From Methanotrichaceae archaeon (lineage in GTDB: Archaea > Halobacteriota > Methanosarcinia > Methanotrichales > Methanotrichaceae): a DNA stretch of 64,000 bases. A program made the position numbers and the translations under genes. Position 1 is the stretch's first letter; each line of letters opens with the position of its first letter. The notes under the pieces are model-generated. The model was not told where the DNA came from. It was given only the letters and a program-made list of their open reading frames with translations, and made no database searches. Where the stretch lies: the NCBI GenBank assembly GCA_963803145.1, contig CAWDLW010000018.1, positions 1-64,000 of the forward strand, read 5' to 3'. Below, piece by piece: positions 53,228 to 62,311 of the stretch.

Positions 53228-53715
53228 ATGAGCCTTAAAGATATGTTTTCTACCGATGAGTGGAACGACCTTTTAAATGCGCCTATAGCATCTGGCCTTT
53301 ACGTTTCTTACGGAGAACCTCATCCATTCCATATGCTGGAAGATTTGAAGGCGATGTCGAAAGAGGTCCGTAATGCTGCAAATGATTTTATTCAAACCCA
53401 TTAATCAAGGAAATCCTTGAAGAAAAGCTAGGAACCGAACGTTACGATATAATTCCCGACGAAGGGCAGGCAATACAAGATACGCCTCTAACGCCGAGTG
53501 ATCTTCTAGAAACTATACAGCGGGCTAGAGCCGCTGTGGATAGAATGCCTGGGAAAGACGCCGATGAGTACAGACTCTGGATTATAACGATAGCTCAAAA
53601 GGTGGCTGAGGCCACAAAAGAAGGAGGCTTCCTGGGTATCGGAGGCAAAAGGGTAACTGTGGCTGAGATGGCGGCATTGAAAGAGATAGCAGAAGCGATC
53701 GGGTATAAGGGCTAA
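53228..53715 (+). pseudogene. frameshifted conserved hypothetical protein (…AEATKEGGFLGIGGKRV..AE.AAL.EIA..IG)
   Basis: Hand translation; frame change near 53390; absent from the ORF track. Confidence 0.6.
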
Positions 53716-53895
53716 TATACGTTTGGCTGCATGACACGACTAAGAACTGATAGCTGGAAATTTCCTGGCACCGAGTCCTGAATTGAGAAGAATCTATGGA
53801 CGATATCGTTATATCGCTGAAAAGTGAATAGATCGTCCTAATTTTCTTAACCTAAGATCAAGTTTATATATGCATTTGATCCTATATTAAGAATA

Positions 53896-54780
53896 ATGCA
53901 TCTCAGCAAGAACGAGGTCTACGCTCTAATTTCAATAACAAAATCAGAGACTCCAATGCATCCCCATGATCTCCTGGAGCTTGGACTTCAAAGAGAGACA
54001 ATATCCCGGATCATAACACACCTGCAGGAGAAGGGGCTGGCTGAACGGAAGAGCGGAGAGATAGTCCTGGCCAGGACACCTCCAGCTGAGGCGTTCAAGA
54101 GGCTCTATTACACTCACAGGGCGGCTCCTCTGCAGGATCTCCTCTCGGATAGAAAAGTGGAGCTTCTGTCAAGACTTGATCACAGTCCAAAAAGTTTGGA
54201 GACCCTGGCCAGGGAGACGGGCATCCCAAGCGATACCATCTACTATTACCTGAAAGGCTTTCTCCATTTGGGTGTTATCGAGCGGTCTAAAAAGGGCAAG
54301 GCATACCAATACTGCATCAACTACATCCTCTGGTCTGAACTGAAGGACTTCGTGACCTCATTCATTGAATATCAGGCACTGCGTCTCGTTCCGCGTGAGG
54401 CATTGATCATTAAAAGCTATGGAGATAGCGTACTATTCAAGAGCTTGAGGCAGCAGGACGCCACGCTCACATCATTTAGCGCCTACAGAGATTATGGGAT
54501 CGAGCTGGTCCTCAGGGATAACTACTACACTCTGCCCAAAAGAGAGCTATCTATCCAGGAGATCTTTATCCACTCCCTGGACTCGGCAGAAAGCATTTCC
54601 CAAAGACTTTACTGCATCCTTTTCTACTTGGAGAACATAGAACGGCTCGAGGATGTCCAGCACCCGATGATGGAGGAGATAAGAGCAGTCCTGAAAGGAG
54701 AGCATATCAAGGGCTATCCAATCCTGGAAGAAGTAAAAGAGCAGGCTGAGCTGTATGGTATCACAATTATCGAGCCGTGA
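53896..54780 (+). CDS. double wHTH protein, copy 2
   Basis: Colinear paralog of 33160-34038. Confidence 0.75.
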   Translation: MHLSKNEVYALISITKSETPMHPHDLLELGLQRETISRIITHLQEKGLAERKSGEIVLARTPPAEAFKRLYYTHRAAPLQDLLSDRKVELLSRLDHSPKSLETLARETGIPSDTIYYYLKGFLHLGVIERSKKGKAYQYCINYILWSELKDFVTSFIEYQALRLVPREALIIKSYGDSVLFKSLRQQDATLTSFSAYRDYGIELVLRDNYYTLPKRELSIQEIFIHSLDSAESISQRLYCILFYLENIERLEDVQHPMMEEIRAVLKGEHIKGYPILEEVKEQAELYGITIIEP

Positions 54781-55456
54781 TGATGTCAATAAGATACTGA
54801 GATGGTTGGGAGAGCGTGTTGACCAGCCCATACAGGTCTTAGTAATAGGTGGCGCTGCAATGCTTGAATATGACCTTAAGGATGCCACCAAGGATATCGA
54901 TCTGGTATGCAGGGACAATGTAGGCAAGGCCAGCCTTCTCAGGGCTGCTCAGGAGCTGGGCTTCAAGGTTGTTGGGCCTGAGAAGAGGCATGCTCGTTTA
55001 GGCCTGGATAGAGTGGCAGTCAAATGAAGTCACACCCTGGACATATTCGCAGGCAGAGTCTCCTATGACTTCGGCCTGAGTGAGGCTATCCTTTGCCGAG
55101 GGCGTAATACCAAAACTTTCGGGAAGGCTGAGATGATTTATGCTTCCCCTGAGGATATCTTCATCCTGAAGCTGATAGCCAACAGGCCGCGTGATTTTGA
55201 GGATTGCTCGGTCATTGCCTCTGCTGGCCTGGATTACGAGGCAATCTATTCCGAGATAGAGGCTCAATACCACAAAGCCGCAGACTCTGAGGTGAAGCAG
55301 AAGGTTTGGATAACCTATATTGAAGAGGGCATTGGGCGGCTGGAGGAGGATTACCGGCTAAGGATACCAATCGCAGATAAGGTTTCTGAGCTGGCGGATG
55401 GTTATAGGGAGAGGCTATATCGAAAGCTGACCTCGTCTGCGGGCACAAGAACTTAG
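54755..55456 (+). pseudogene. DUF6036-like nucleotidyltransferase, copy 2, single in-frame TGA at 55025-27
   Basis: ORFs 54755 and 55133 are in the same frame; the TGA aligns with Gly in copy 1. Confidence 0.8.
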
Positions 55457-55561
55457 AATTAGATATGAAAATTGAATTCCGCGAACAGGACAAACGAATG
55501 TTCAAATTTCATTCCTCCTTACAAAGCGCTTTAAATAGATTGTCTTCTGTTATATCAACAT

Positions 55562-55969
55562 ATGGCACTGAAAGATAATATCCTTGAGGTCATGAGAGGC
55601 GAGCACGTGGCCGCTGTAGCAACTGTCGCCAATGGCAGGCCAGCAGTGAGATTCATGGCTGTTATAGGGCTGGATGATTTGAGTATTATTGGGGCTACTA
55701 TGAAAAGCTCCAGAAAGGTAGGGGAGATAAGGAAGAATCCAGAGGTAGCACTTTCCATCTGGTCTGGCAAGAACTATGCCGATCCTTATGTGATGATTCA
55801 GAGCAAGGCTGAGATCCATGAGGACCTGGAAACAAAGAAGAAGTTCTGGGACCCTAAGCTGGAGTCCTACTTCCAGAATCCTGAGAATCCCAATTATGTG
55901 GTCTTGAAGTTTATGCCACAGAGGATTGAATATTATCATGAAATGAGTATGGATCTATGGGAGAGATGA
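55562..55969 (+). CDS. pyridoxamine 5'-phosphate oxidase-like (general stress protein)
   Basis: ATVANGRPAVR.M, SRKV.EI.KNP.V, W...L..YF..P.NPNY. Confidence 0.85.
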   Translation: MALKDNILEVMRGEHVAAVATVANGRPAVRFMAVIGLDDLSIIGATMKSSRKVGEIRKNPEVALSIWSGKNYADPYVMIQSKAEIHEDLETKKKFWDPKLESYFQNPENPNYVVLKFMPQRIEYYHEMSMDLWER

Positions 55970-56533
55970 AGCTGCCTTAGGTTATGCATGTGGCTATATC
56001 TATTGACCTACCATTTTCAAGCATATCATCGGGTTTCTCATTCATTTCTCTCTTTTGCCATTTGGGCTTTAGGCCCTTACCCTAGCCAGCTATCCCATGA
56101 GTTTGAACGGTTTATATAATCTCTTTTTCTATTAAAAAAGTAAGTAAGCGATGCACCAATCACTGCGCCTATTATTATAGCAATCAAACCTTGCAAAGTG
56201 GCCAAGCTCTGCAAAGCAGCTATAACATCCATATTTATCATTGCCTCCAAAATTGCCACCATCCCCATTTCTTGATCTCCTCTCTAGGCTCCAAGGATAG
56301 CTGGCTTATGCTCTACGTGAGCTGGCTTATGTGGCCTTCCAGTTAATCCATTTTATCTAAAACATGTATCTTTTTATGTAATTCCTCTATTCCTTTATTG
56401 TAAAAATGCTCCACTGGTATTGATTTCAACCAAAACTACTTATCTTCATAGGGCCAATAAGCATACTATGGCAGGAGTTCTTGAGCAGTTACAAAGGAGA
56501 CCTCGGAGGCAACTGATAGGCGGTAATGTATCC

Positions 56534-56770
56534 ATGCCCGGGACTAATCCCAAGGTCCTGGAGCTCCAGGCAGCCAAAGAGATCCTGGCTGAGGTTTTTG
56601 ATATTAATGCCTCAGAGGTTGATGAAATGCTCAAGCGGCGTTATGAAGAGAGCTTGGAGAGGCCAAAGACATCATATTCGCGCAGAAAGAGAACGAAGGG
56701 CGAGCCACTACTCAAACATCGGTATAATGAAGTTGAGGTGTGGCCGATGGAATTCTGCCTGGCCCATTAG
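56534..56770 (+). CDS. hypothetical protein
   Basis: MPGTNPKVLELQAAKEILAEVF...; start uncertain. Confidence 0.5.
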   Translation: MPGTNPKVLELQAAKEILAEVFDINASEVDEMLKRRYEESLERPKTSYSRRKRTKGEPLLKHRYNEVEVWPMEFCLAH

Positions 56771-56909
56771 ATTAGGTTTCTGCCTTGCAAAAATGCAGAA
56801 CAGCCTGGCAGCTCTGGCACAATAGCGATAAACCCTTCATCCTCCTCACTGTAGAAGATCTCGATTGCATACAGGGCTTATATCTCCTATAGACACTAAG
56901 AGCTCCCCC

Positions 56910-57155
56910 TCAAACATCTGGCTTATACCCCTGTGGCTCATTCACAGGTTCTATAGTGGCTATGGCATGCTTGAAGACAAGGATTTGCCCTTTAGCGGTT
57001 TGGATCAGGAGCTCATAGGGGTTGAAAGCCTCTAGGATTCCGGTAATTGGCTGTCCTCCTGATAGTAGGCGTATCATGACCTTCTTGCCCTTAAGTTTGG
57101 GGATGAATTCAAATTGCTTCAGTACAGGCTTTGCTTTCGCTGAATCTTCTTCCAT
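56910..57155 (-). CDS. Hfq-like Sm-fold protein
   Basis: Sm1 (V.IRL.SG..I.G.LEAF..YELLI) with short loop and Hfq-type Sm2 LVFKHAIATI; GGAG RBS. Confidence 0.8.
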   Translation of the reverse strand: MEEDSAKAKPVLKQFEFIPKLKGKKVMIRLLSGGQPITGILEAFNPYELLIQTAKGQILVFKHAIATIEPVNEPQGYKPDV

Positions 57156-57406
57156 AGATTATCTCCAGAATTGCCACGAGTTCTTAGCTTTGGCCCATCA
57201 TTTTCCGTATTTCTTCATAGAGCTGTGGATCTGCTTCTTTAAGTGATTGCTCAATTACCTCCCCCAGCTCCAAGCCTATTGAGTATCGAGGTGTTTTGGC
57301 GGGTCCTCAAGTCTGGCCTGGTCCTTCAGGGCCTTTCTTTTCTCGCGTACTCCGCTTGTGAGTTTCATGCTATCTGCTTTCACAAAAAATTCATCTTGTA
57401 TTGTGG

Positions 57407-57541
57407 CCTTCTATGTTGTCCCTCTTGGGGTAGAGGGAATGGGAGGCTTAAAAATGAGTATAAGGGCGATATTAAGGGATGTTTTAGATCATGTTATGTT
57501 CACTTTGTATTTCATATTATATTTGCGCCGGTGGTGAGATA
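57407..57541. repeat. dispersed repeat C, copy b
   Basis: Homologous to 45937-46067. Confidence 0.8.
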
Positions 57542-57636
57542 AAGTTATATAATAATTAAAAACATAGATATTATAATTACACCTTCATAAAAAAAATCTT
57601 TATAAACCTGCAAAATCAGTTGTTAAGGGGATATTA

Positions 57637-57816
57637 TTGAAGATAGAATCAATATTGATAATACTAGTATCGCTAATGTTTCCTACTGCTATGGCGGCAA
57701 TAGGTTCTACAAGTGATACCACGCCGCCGAGCGTTATTAGTTTCAATTTTGGACCGAGATTGGTAGATGTATCTAGCGGATCTAAGAATATCACATTCAC
57801 AGTAAGGTACCAGTAA
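57637..57816 (+). pseudogene. truncated secreted protein (signal peptide + DTTPP linker)
   Basis: MKIESILIILVSLMFPTAMA..SDTTPPSVISFNFGPRLVDVSSGSKNITFTVRYQ*. Confidence 0.5.
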
Positions 57817-57908
57817 GCCCACAACACAGCCGATTGAGAATGAAATTTCCCTGTTGCGAAGGGACCCCTATAAAACTGATAAATATACCCTGTACAGAAT
57901 TATGAAGG

Positions 57909-58451
57909 ATGCTTTTATTTGCGCACCTCGGCTTTACCCTGGCAGCGGGCCGGTTCATAAGATGGGTGAACCTGGCCTACCTGGCTCTGGGTTCAATCCT
58001 TCCCGATATAATTGATAAGCCGATGGGTTTGATGGTCTTCGGAACGCCCGAAATGAGCAGGACATATGCCCATACTCTTCTGTTCCTGCTGATTCTGGTG
58101 GTCTCGGCTGTTTATTTGAAAGACGTCAGACTGGCATCGGTCTCTGTCGGTGTTTTTGCTCATCTGATATTGGATTCCATGTGGCAATCGCCAGTCTTTC
58201 TATTCTGGCCTCTGCTGGGAAACTTTCCTCAGGCTCCCGATGTCGGGACATCTGGGACATCCAGTTACATACAGGGACTACTCGACGAACTGAGAAACCC
58301 CATGGTAGGCATACAGGAGGTGCTAGGGTTGTCATATCTTCTATTCCTCGCATTCGAGCTTAGATCTACATTAATGGCTAGATATCAAAATGTAGTATCC
58401 AAGGGCAAAGACATGGCGGCTACGATCCAAACGCGCCTCAAAAGCGATTAG
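57909..58451 (+). CDS. membrane-bound metal-dependent hydrolase (YdjM-like)
   Basis: FAHLG, GSILPDIIDKP, R.YAHTLLF, HLILD.MW, FWPL. Confidence 0.85.
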   Translation: MLLFAHLGFTLAAGRFIRWVNLAYLALGSILPDIIDKPMGLMVFGTPEMSRTYAHTLLFLLILVVSAVYLKDVRLASVSVGVFAHLILDSMWQSPVFLFWPLLGNFPQAPDVGTSGTSSYIQGLLDELRNPMVGIQEVLGLSYLLFLAFELRSTLMARYQNVVSKGKDMAATIQTRLKSD

Positions 58452-58620
58452 GATGAGATTAGCTTCAATTTCCGCTTATAATGGAAATTAAAAATTACAT
58501 ATCAGTTATGTAAAAGATATCTCTATGAAGTGATAGTACGGAGGTCTCATTCCCCGTACCTCCTCTCTTCCGGCGTTATTTTTTTCCTAAAGCGCAAGTT
58601 ATAGCATTCATTAAGATACC

Positions 58621-58875
58621 ATGAACCCAGAGGCCGTCCTGGCGGTTCTTCCCGACAGCAAAGAAGATGTACTATCCATAAAAGAGATAGCTCACGCAAT
58701 GGGCTTGGACATCTCCTCACATACAGAACAAATTAGAATGGAAAAAAAACTCACTAGAGTTCTAAGAACACCGATCAAATGGGGCTGGGTAGCTTACGAT
58801 ATCAGGCAGAGCGAGAACGGCAATAGAGCCTGGCATAATGCCTACTGGAAAACCGAGCTGGCAAAGTCTGCATAG
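58621..58875 (+). CDS. small wHTH-like hypothetical protein
   Basis: SIKEIAHAMG...L.RVLR...KWGWV. Confidence 0.55.
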   Translation: MNPEAVLAVLPDSKEDVLSIKEIAHAMGLDISSHTEQIRMEKKLTRVLRTPIKWGWVAYDIRQSENGNRAWHNAYWKTELAKSA

Positions 58876-58980
58876 ATCCATCTACGGACATATATTTAAC
58901 TTATATAATGATAACCTCTTTGTTTATCCACCTATTATATAGACATTATCGAATATTACATCTGCACGCAAATGTATGAT

Positions 58981-59087
58981 CTGGAGCGCAAAGGCATGCC
59001 TTCACAGGTCGGATAGATGTTTATAAAAATGTGATACGGCTTCGAAGATCCAAAAAATGGAGGAACGAGCTTACAGGTTATACATAC
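58981..59087 (-). repeat. downstream element D, copy 3
   Basis: Minus strand GTATGTATAACCTGTA...TTTTTATAAACATCT...GCCTTTGCGCTCCAG. Confidence 0.8.
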
Positions 59088-59102
59088 CAAAGAGAGGTAG
59101 GA

Positions 59103-59789
59103 TCAACCTGTATACCCCAGCTCCTTAGCCTTGGCGTATGCTTCATCAGCTTCTCTGGTGCGACCTAATGCATTGAGGATCATGGCTTTGCCACTCCAGG
59201 CGTATGTATATTGGGGGTCGATCTCTATTGCCTGATCAAAAGCTTGAAGTGCCTCCTCATATTTATCCTTCATACCTAAAGCAACACCCTTAAGGTACCA
59301 TGCATCTGCATCATATTCGTTTAGATTGATGGCTTTATTATAAGCTTGGACAGCCTCATCATATTTACTTTGATTTTCTAGGTCCAAACCTACTTGTAGC
59401 CAATAGCTTGCATTCTGTTCTTCTGTATTCGCCTTGTTATCGTTTATCTGGCCAGTTAAATGCGATTTAAACTTCAATGTGTTAATGAAATGCATAGTCT
59501 GATCATCGAATGTGCCATTAGCGAAAGTGGTATAATCATTCATTATTTTAATAACTGGATAGTTATCACTTGTACTGATATTAATATAATGCTCTTTGTT
59601 CTCATCAAAGAACAGAAAAGCAGTAGTTCCTCCTGATGTCTGCCAGCCCGTTGGATATTCGACTGTAAAGAATGGTCCATCATAGGTTGAATATTCGATC
59701 GCTTTTGCTATGGAAACAGGCATTAAACATAAAGCCAAAATCGAGCATATACATAGCACCAAAGCTATAATCCTCTTTCCGCTTTCCAT
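59103..59789 (-). CDS. secreted PsbP-like + TPR protein
   Basis: Signal peptide, FTVEYPTGW, 3 TPRs, ends AKAKELGYTG. Confidence 0.85.
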   Translation of the reverse strand: MESGKRIIALVLCICSILALCLMPVSIAKAIEYSTYDGPFFTVEYPTGWQTSGGTTAFLFFDENKEHYINISTSDNYPVIKIMNDYTTFANGTFDDQTMHFINTLKFKSHLTGQINDNKANTEEQNASYWLQVGLDLENQSKYDEAVQAYNKAINLNEYDADAWYLKGVALGMKDKYEEALQAFDQAIEIDPQYTYAWSGKAMILNALGRTREADEAYAKAKELGYTG

Positions 59790-59855
59790 AAATTATCCCC
59801 TCTGGATTTTAAGTATCACCCTAACCAATCACTTTCAAAGATAAATACTTTCAAG

Positions 59856-59956
59856 TTACAGGTGCGAGAATCTCATTCCTCCGCACCTGTAGGCGGATAT
59901 AGAACCAGTATCAATGGGATAGGTATCGAATATTACAGCTTGAAGGTTACCAGTAA
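59856..59956 (-). repeat. upstream element U, copy 3
   Basis: Minus strand TTACTGGTAACC...TACAGGTGCG-GAGGAATGAGATTCT-CGCACCTGTA (10-bp perfect stem). Confidence 0.75.
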
Positions 59957-59988
59957 ACTATGAGATGATGTTCTCAAAGGAGCTGGGA

Positions 59989-60048
59989 TCAGCCTGTATA
60001 CCCCAGCACCTCGGCCTTGGCGAAGACTGCATCGGCTTCTGTATCACG
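59989..60048 (-). pseudogene. isolated TPR-gene 3' end (RDTEADAVFAKAEVLGYTG*)
   Basis: Hand translation matches the conserved C-terminus of the three TPR genes. Confidence 0.7.
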
Positions 60049-60081
60049 GTAAAGTACCTCTCCCTCATTTTCATGGGATGA

Positions 60082-60351
60082 TTATGTAGCATCCTTACTG
60101 AATACTTCGATATAATGATCGATATCTTGTCTCAAGTTCTCGTAAGGGCTTGATTCACATGGGAGATCTGATTCTTTTGCAAATTTTAATAATCTCACGA
60201 TAAACCGTTTATCTAAAGTATAATTCCCAACTTGGGGATTATTCAATATAACATTATACAGATATTCATATATCTCAATGCAATTACGTCTTTTGAGCAC
60301 GTTCTCCCATTGTGCCCAAATTGTTCCTTCATCATTATCCAATGTTATCAT
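60082..60351 (-). CDS. hypothetical protein
   Basis: 89-aa AT-rich ORF with AGGAG RBS. Confidence 0.45.
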   Translation of the reverse strand: MITLDNDEGTIWAQWENVLKRRNCIEIYEYLYNVILNNPQVGNYTLDKRFIVRLLKFAKESDLPCESSPYENLRQDIDHYIEVFSKDAT

Positions 60352-60519
60352 CTCCTGAAACTATTAGGTAGGCTAAAGCAAAAAACATTTGGATACCTTT
60401 TTAGCCTTCGTCGTATTTTTACCGCCAGAACCGCCACCAGCTCTTCGCCTTGGCCCTCATCTTCATCGGACGGTTAATGATACTATCTCGCCGGATGTCC
60501 GGATCCGCGTATATTGTGG

Positions 60520-60597
60520 CATTATATCCTTATAATAATATCTTGCAGTTCAAGCATATCTAAAAAACGAGGGGATAGATTACAGGTTGTACACACT
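60520..60597 (-). repeat. degenerate element D, copy 4
   Basis: TTATAATAAT...ATCTAAAAAACGAGGGG..GATTACAGGTTGTACACAC aligns with copy 3; lies just downstream of the SnoaL gene. Confidence 0.55.
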
Positions 60598-60629
60598 GTA
60601 AAGGCATTTTGCGTTTGAGTTTTGTTTTC

Positions 60630-61076
60630 TTACATCACGCCAATTTGCTTAAGCATCCCCAGCAAGTCGTAGTTTAGCCTCTCCTCGACAATCGCGCCGT
60701 TCTTCCATGTGGCTACTGTGCAGAACTCGATATGGAATTTCTTGTTTGTTGGAGGAATCATTTTTCCGTCAGCCCCCTTCATTGGTCCCTTCATAGTGCC
60801 TGTAAAATCAGCCACAGTGCAAGTGTAATCGCCTTGTCCGAAAAAGATCTTATACGGATTATTTACTAGATGGTTGTCAGGAAATATTTTGAAGAATTCC
60901 ACAGCTTCACTATCATGGTTATGAATTCCTCTTGTCGGGTCGGGTTGACCAGGCCAGTACACGGCGACATTGTCAACATGGCGTTTCCTGAACGTCTCCC
61001 ACTCGGGACTTCCTGGCCCTGCATTCCAAGCATCATCCAACGTTTTCATTAGTCTTAGGTTTTCTTCCACGCTCAT
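60630..61076 (-). CDS. SnoaL-like ester cyclase family protein
   Basis: DDAWN, FPD, GTMKGP......IPPTNK.F....CTV..W.NG.I.EE. Confidence 0.85.
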   Translation of the reverse strand: MSVEENLRLMKTLDDAWNAGPGSPEWETFRKRHVDNVAVYWPGQPDPTRGIHNHDSEAVEFFKIFPDNHLVNNPYKIFFGQGDYTCTVADFTGTMKGPMKGADGKMIPPTNKKFHIEFCTVATWKNGAIVEERLNYDLLGMLKQIGVM

Positions 61077-61471
61077 TCAAACTCCTCCGATGATATGATT
61101 ACGCTTACCTAATTACTAGCTAACCTTATAAGAACGAGTCTTTCGGCGGAATCCGCTTTCTGCCCATACTTTAAGACCGATATAACCAGACATCTCTTTG
61201 AAAAAATGGCATATCCACAAGACTTTATAATCTCATAAATAGTTGTTCAGATATGGATGTTACCGGTCACTTGTGTAGCAGGATTGAATCCGTTCTTCGG
61301 GGTGTGCCATAATCGATGTACACCCCATCCCTGTTTGGTGGTAGCACCCGCATTCATATTATCCTTAGAAGAACGATGATCAAGATGATCAGAACCACAA
61401 GGCCAATTAATCCGCCACCATATACGCTTTCCATAAAATCACCCCAATATATTCAAAAATAGATTGTGCAA

Positions 61472-61684
61472 TTACTTCTTTTCTGGCACATCCACCGATA
61501 CTGTTTTGATGTTATCCTTGATTTTCTTTTCCGTATTCGCTGAAATTTCTTTCAAACTATGGGCTTCAGCAGCATGAGTTTTTGCATGTTTCATAATCTC
61601 CTCTGCTGTCTTTGCGCGCACCTGGAATCCACACTGCATGCCTATGTCACTACAGGACAGTTGCTTATACTCTTCTTTTGCCAT
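61472..61684 (-). CDS. DUF1059 domain protein
   Basis: LSCSDIGMQCGFQVRAKT.EE....A..HA.EAH. Confidence 0.85.
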   Translation of the reverse strand: MAKEEYKQLSCSDIGMQCGFQVRAKTAEEIMKHAKTHAAEAHSLKEISANTEKKIKDNIKTVSVDVPEKK

Positions 61685-61908
61685 AGATATCTAATGGGAT
61701 GTCTTTAAATATAGATCTTTTGGTATCAAAATTTAAAAGTACTAAAATCCATATAAACTTAAAAATTAGTCAAACAAGCACACTCCTCAGTTCAGGTCGG
61801 AACTTTCCAAAATTTGGGAGGTACACTCCGACGTTAATAATCGAAAAAATGAGAAATATTATATGTTGAAAAAAATAGTTTTCCGAATTACGCCTGGATA
61901 TTTTGGAT

Positions 61909-62100
61909 CTATAGGCAAGTATCTAGGAGAGATTTTTTCTTTGCTACCCTTGAATCCCCGAGTTTGATCGGTACTACCTTGATATTTGCCTTGATTTTCT
62001 TTTCCAGCTCAGGCGATCTCTCCTTCACGCCGTGAGCTAAGCTCTGGTGCATATGTGCATGCTCGATGACCTCATAATCTGGATTTGCTCTTACGTCTAC
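61909..62100 (-). pseudogene. 5'-truncated DUF1059 paralog
   Basis: VRANPDYEVIEHAHMHQSLAHG.KE.S.ELEKKIKANIK; N-terminal Cys motif absent. Confidence 0.55.
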
Positions 62101-62311
62101 CCTAATAGCCTCCAACTTCTGACTATATAAATAACGAATAATGTTGCAATACTGGTAGTCTACCTTTGAGTCAACCAATATTCTGGATATAATAGGATAG
62201 CATTGAATAAAATACTTTGCTATCAAAAATCAAAAGTGCTATGAGCTATAAACATATAGATTTCAATAAACGATTCTCTCAATTTCAGAAGAGAAACTGA
62301 AAAGTGACCAG

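Noticed and set aside
55025-55027. In-frame TGA as selenocysteine
   Set aside because: It aligns to Gly, not Cys, in the paralog; a GGA>TGA nonsense change explains it.
28241-59789. Diversity-generating retroelement acting on TPR genes
   Set aside because: No reverse transcriptase in the window and no repeat pair differing only at adenines.
61258-61436. Small structured RNA
   Set aside because: The main hairpin is explained as a terminator after a short frameshifted hydrophobic ORF (GGGLIGLVVLIIL...) on the minus strand.
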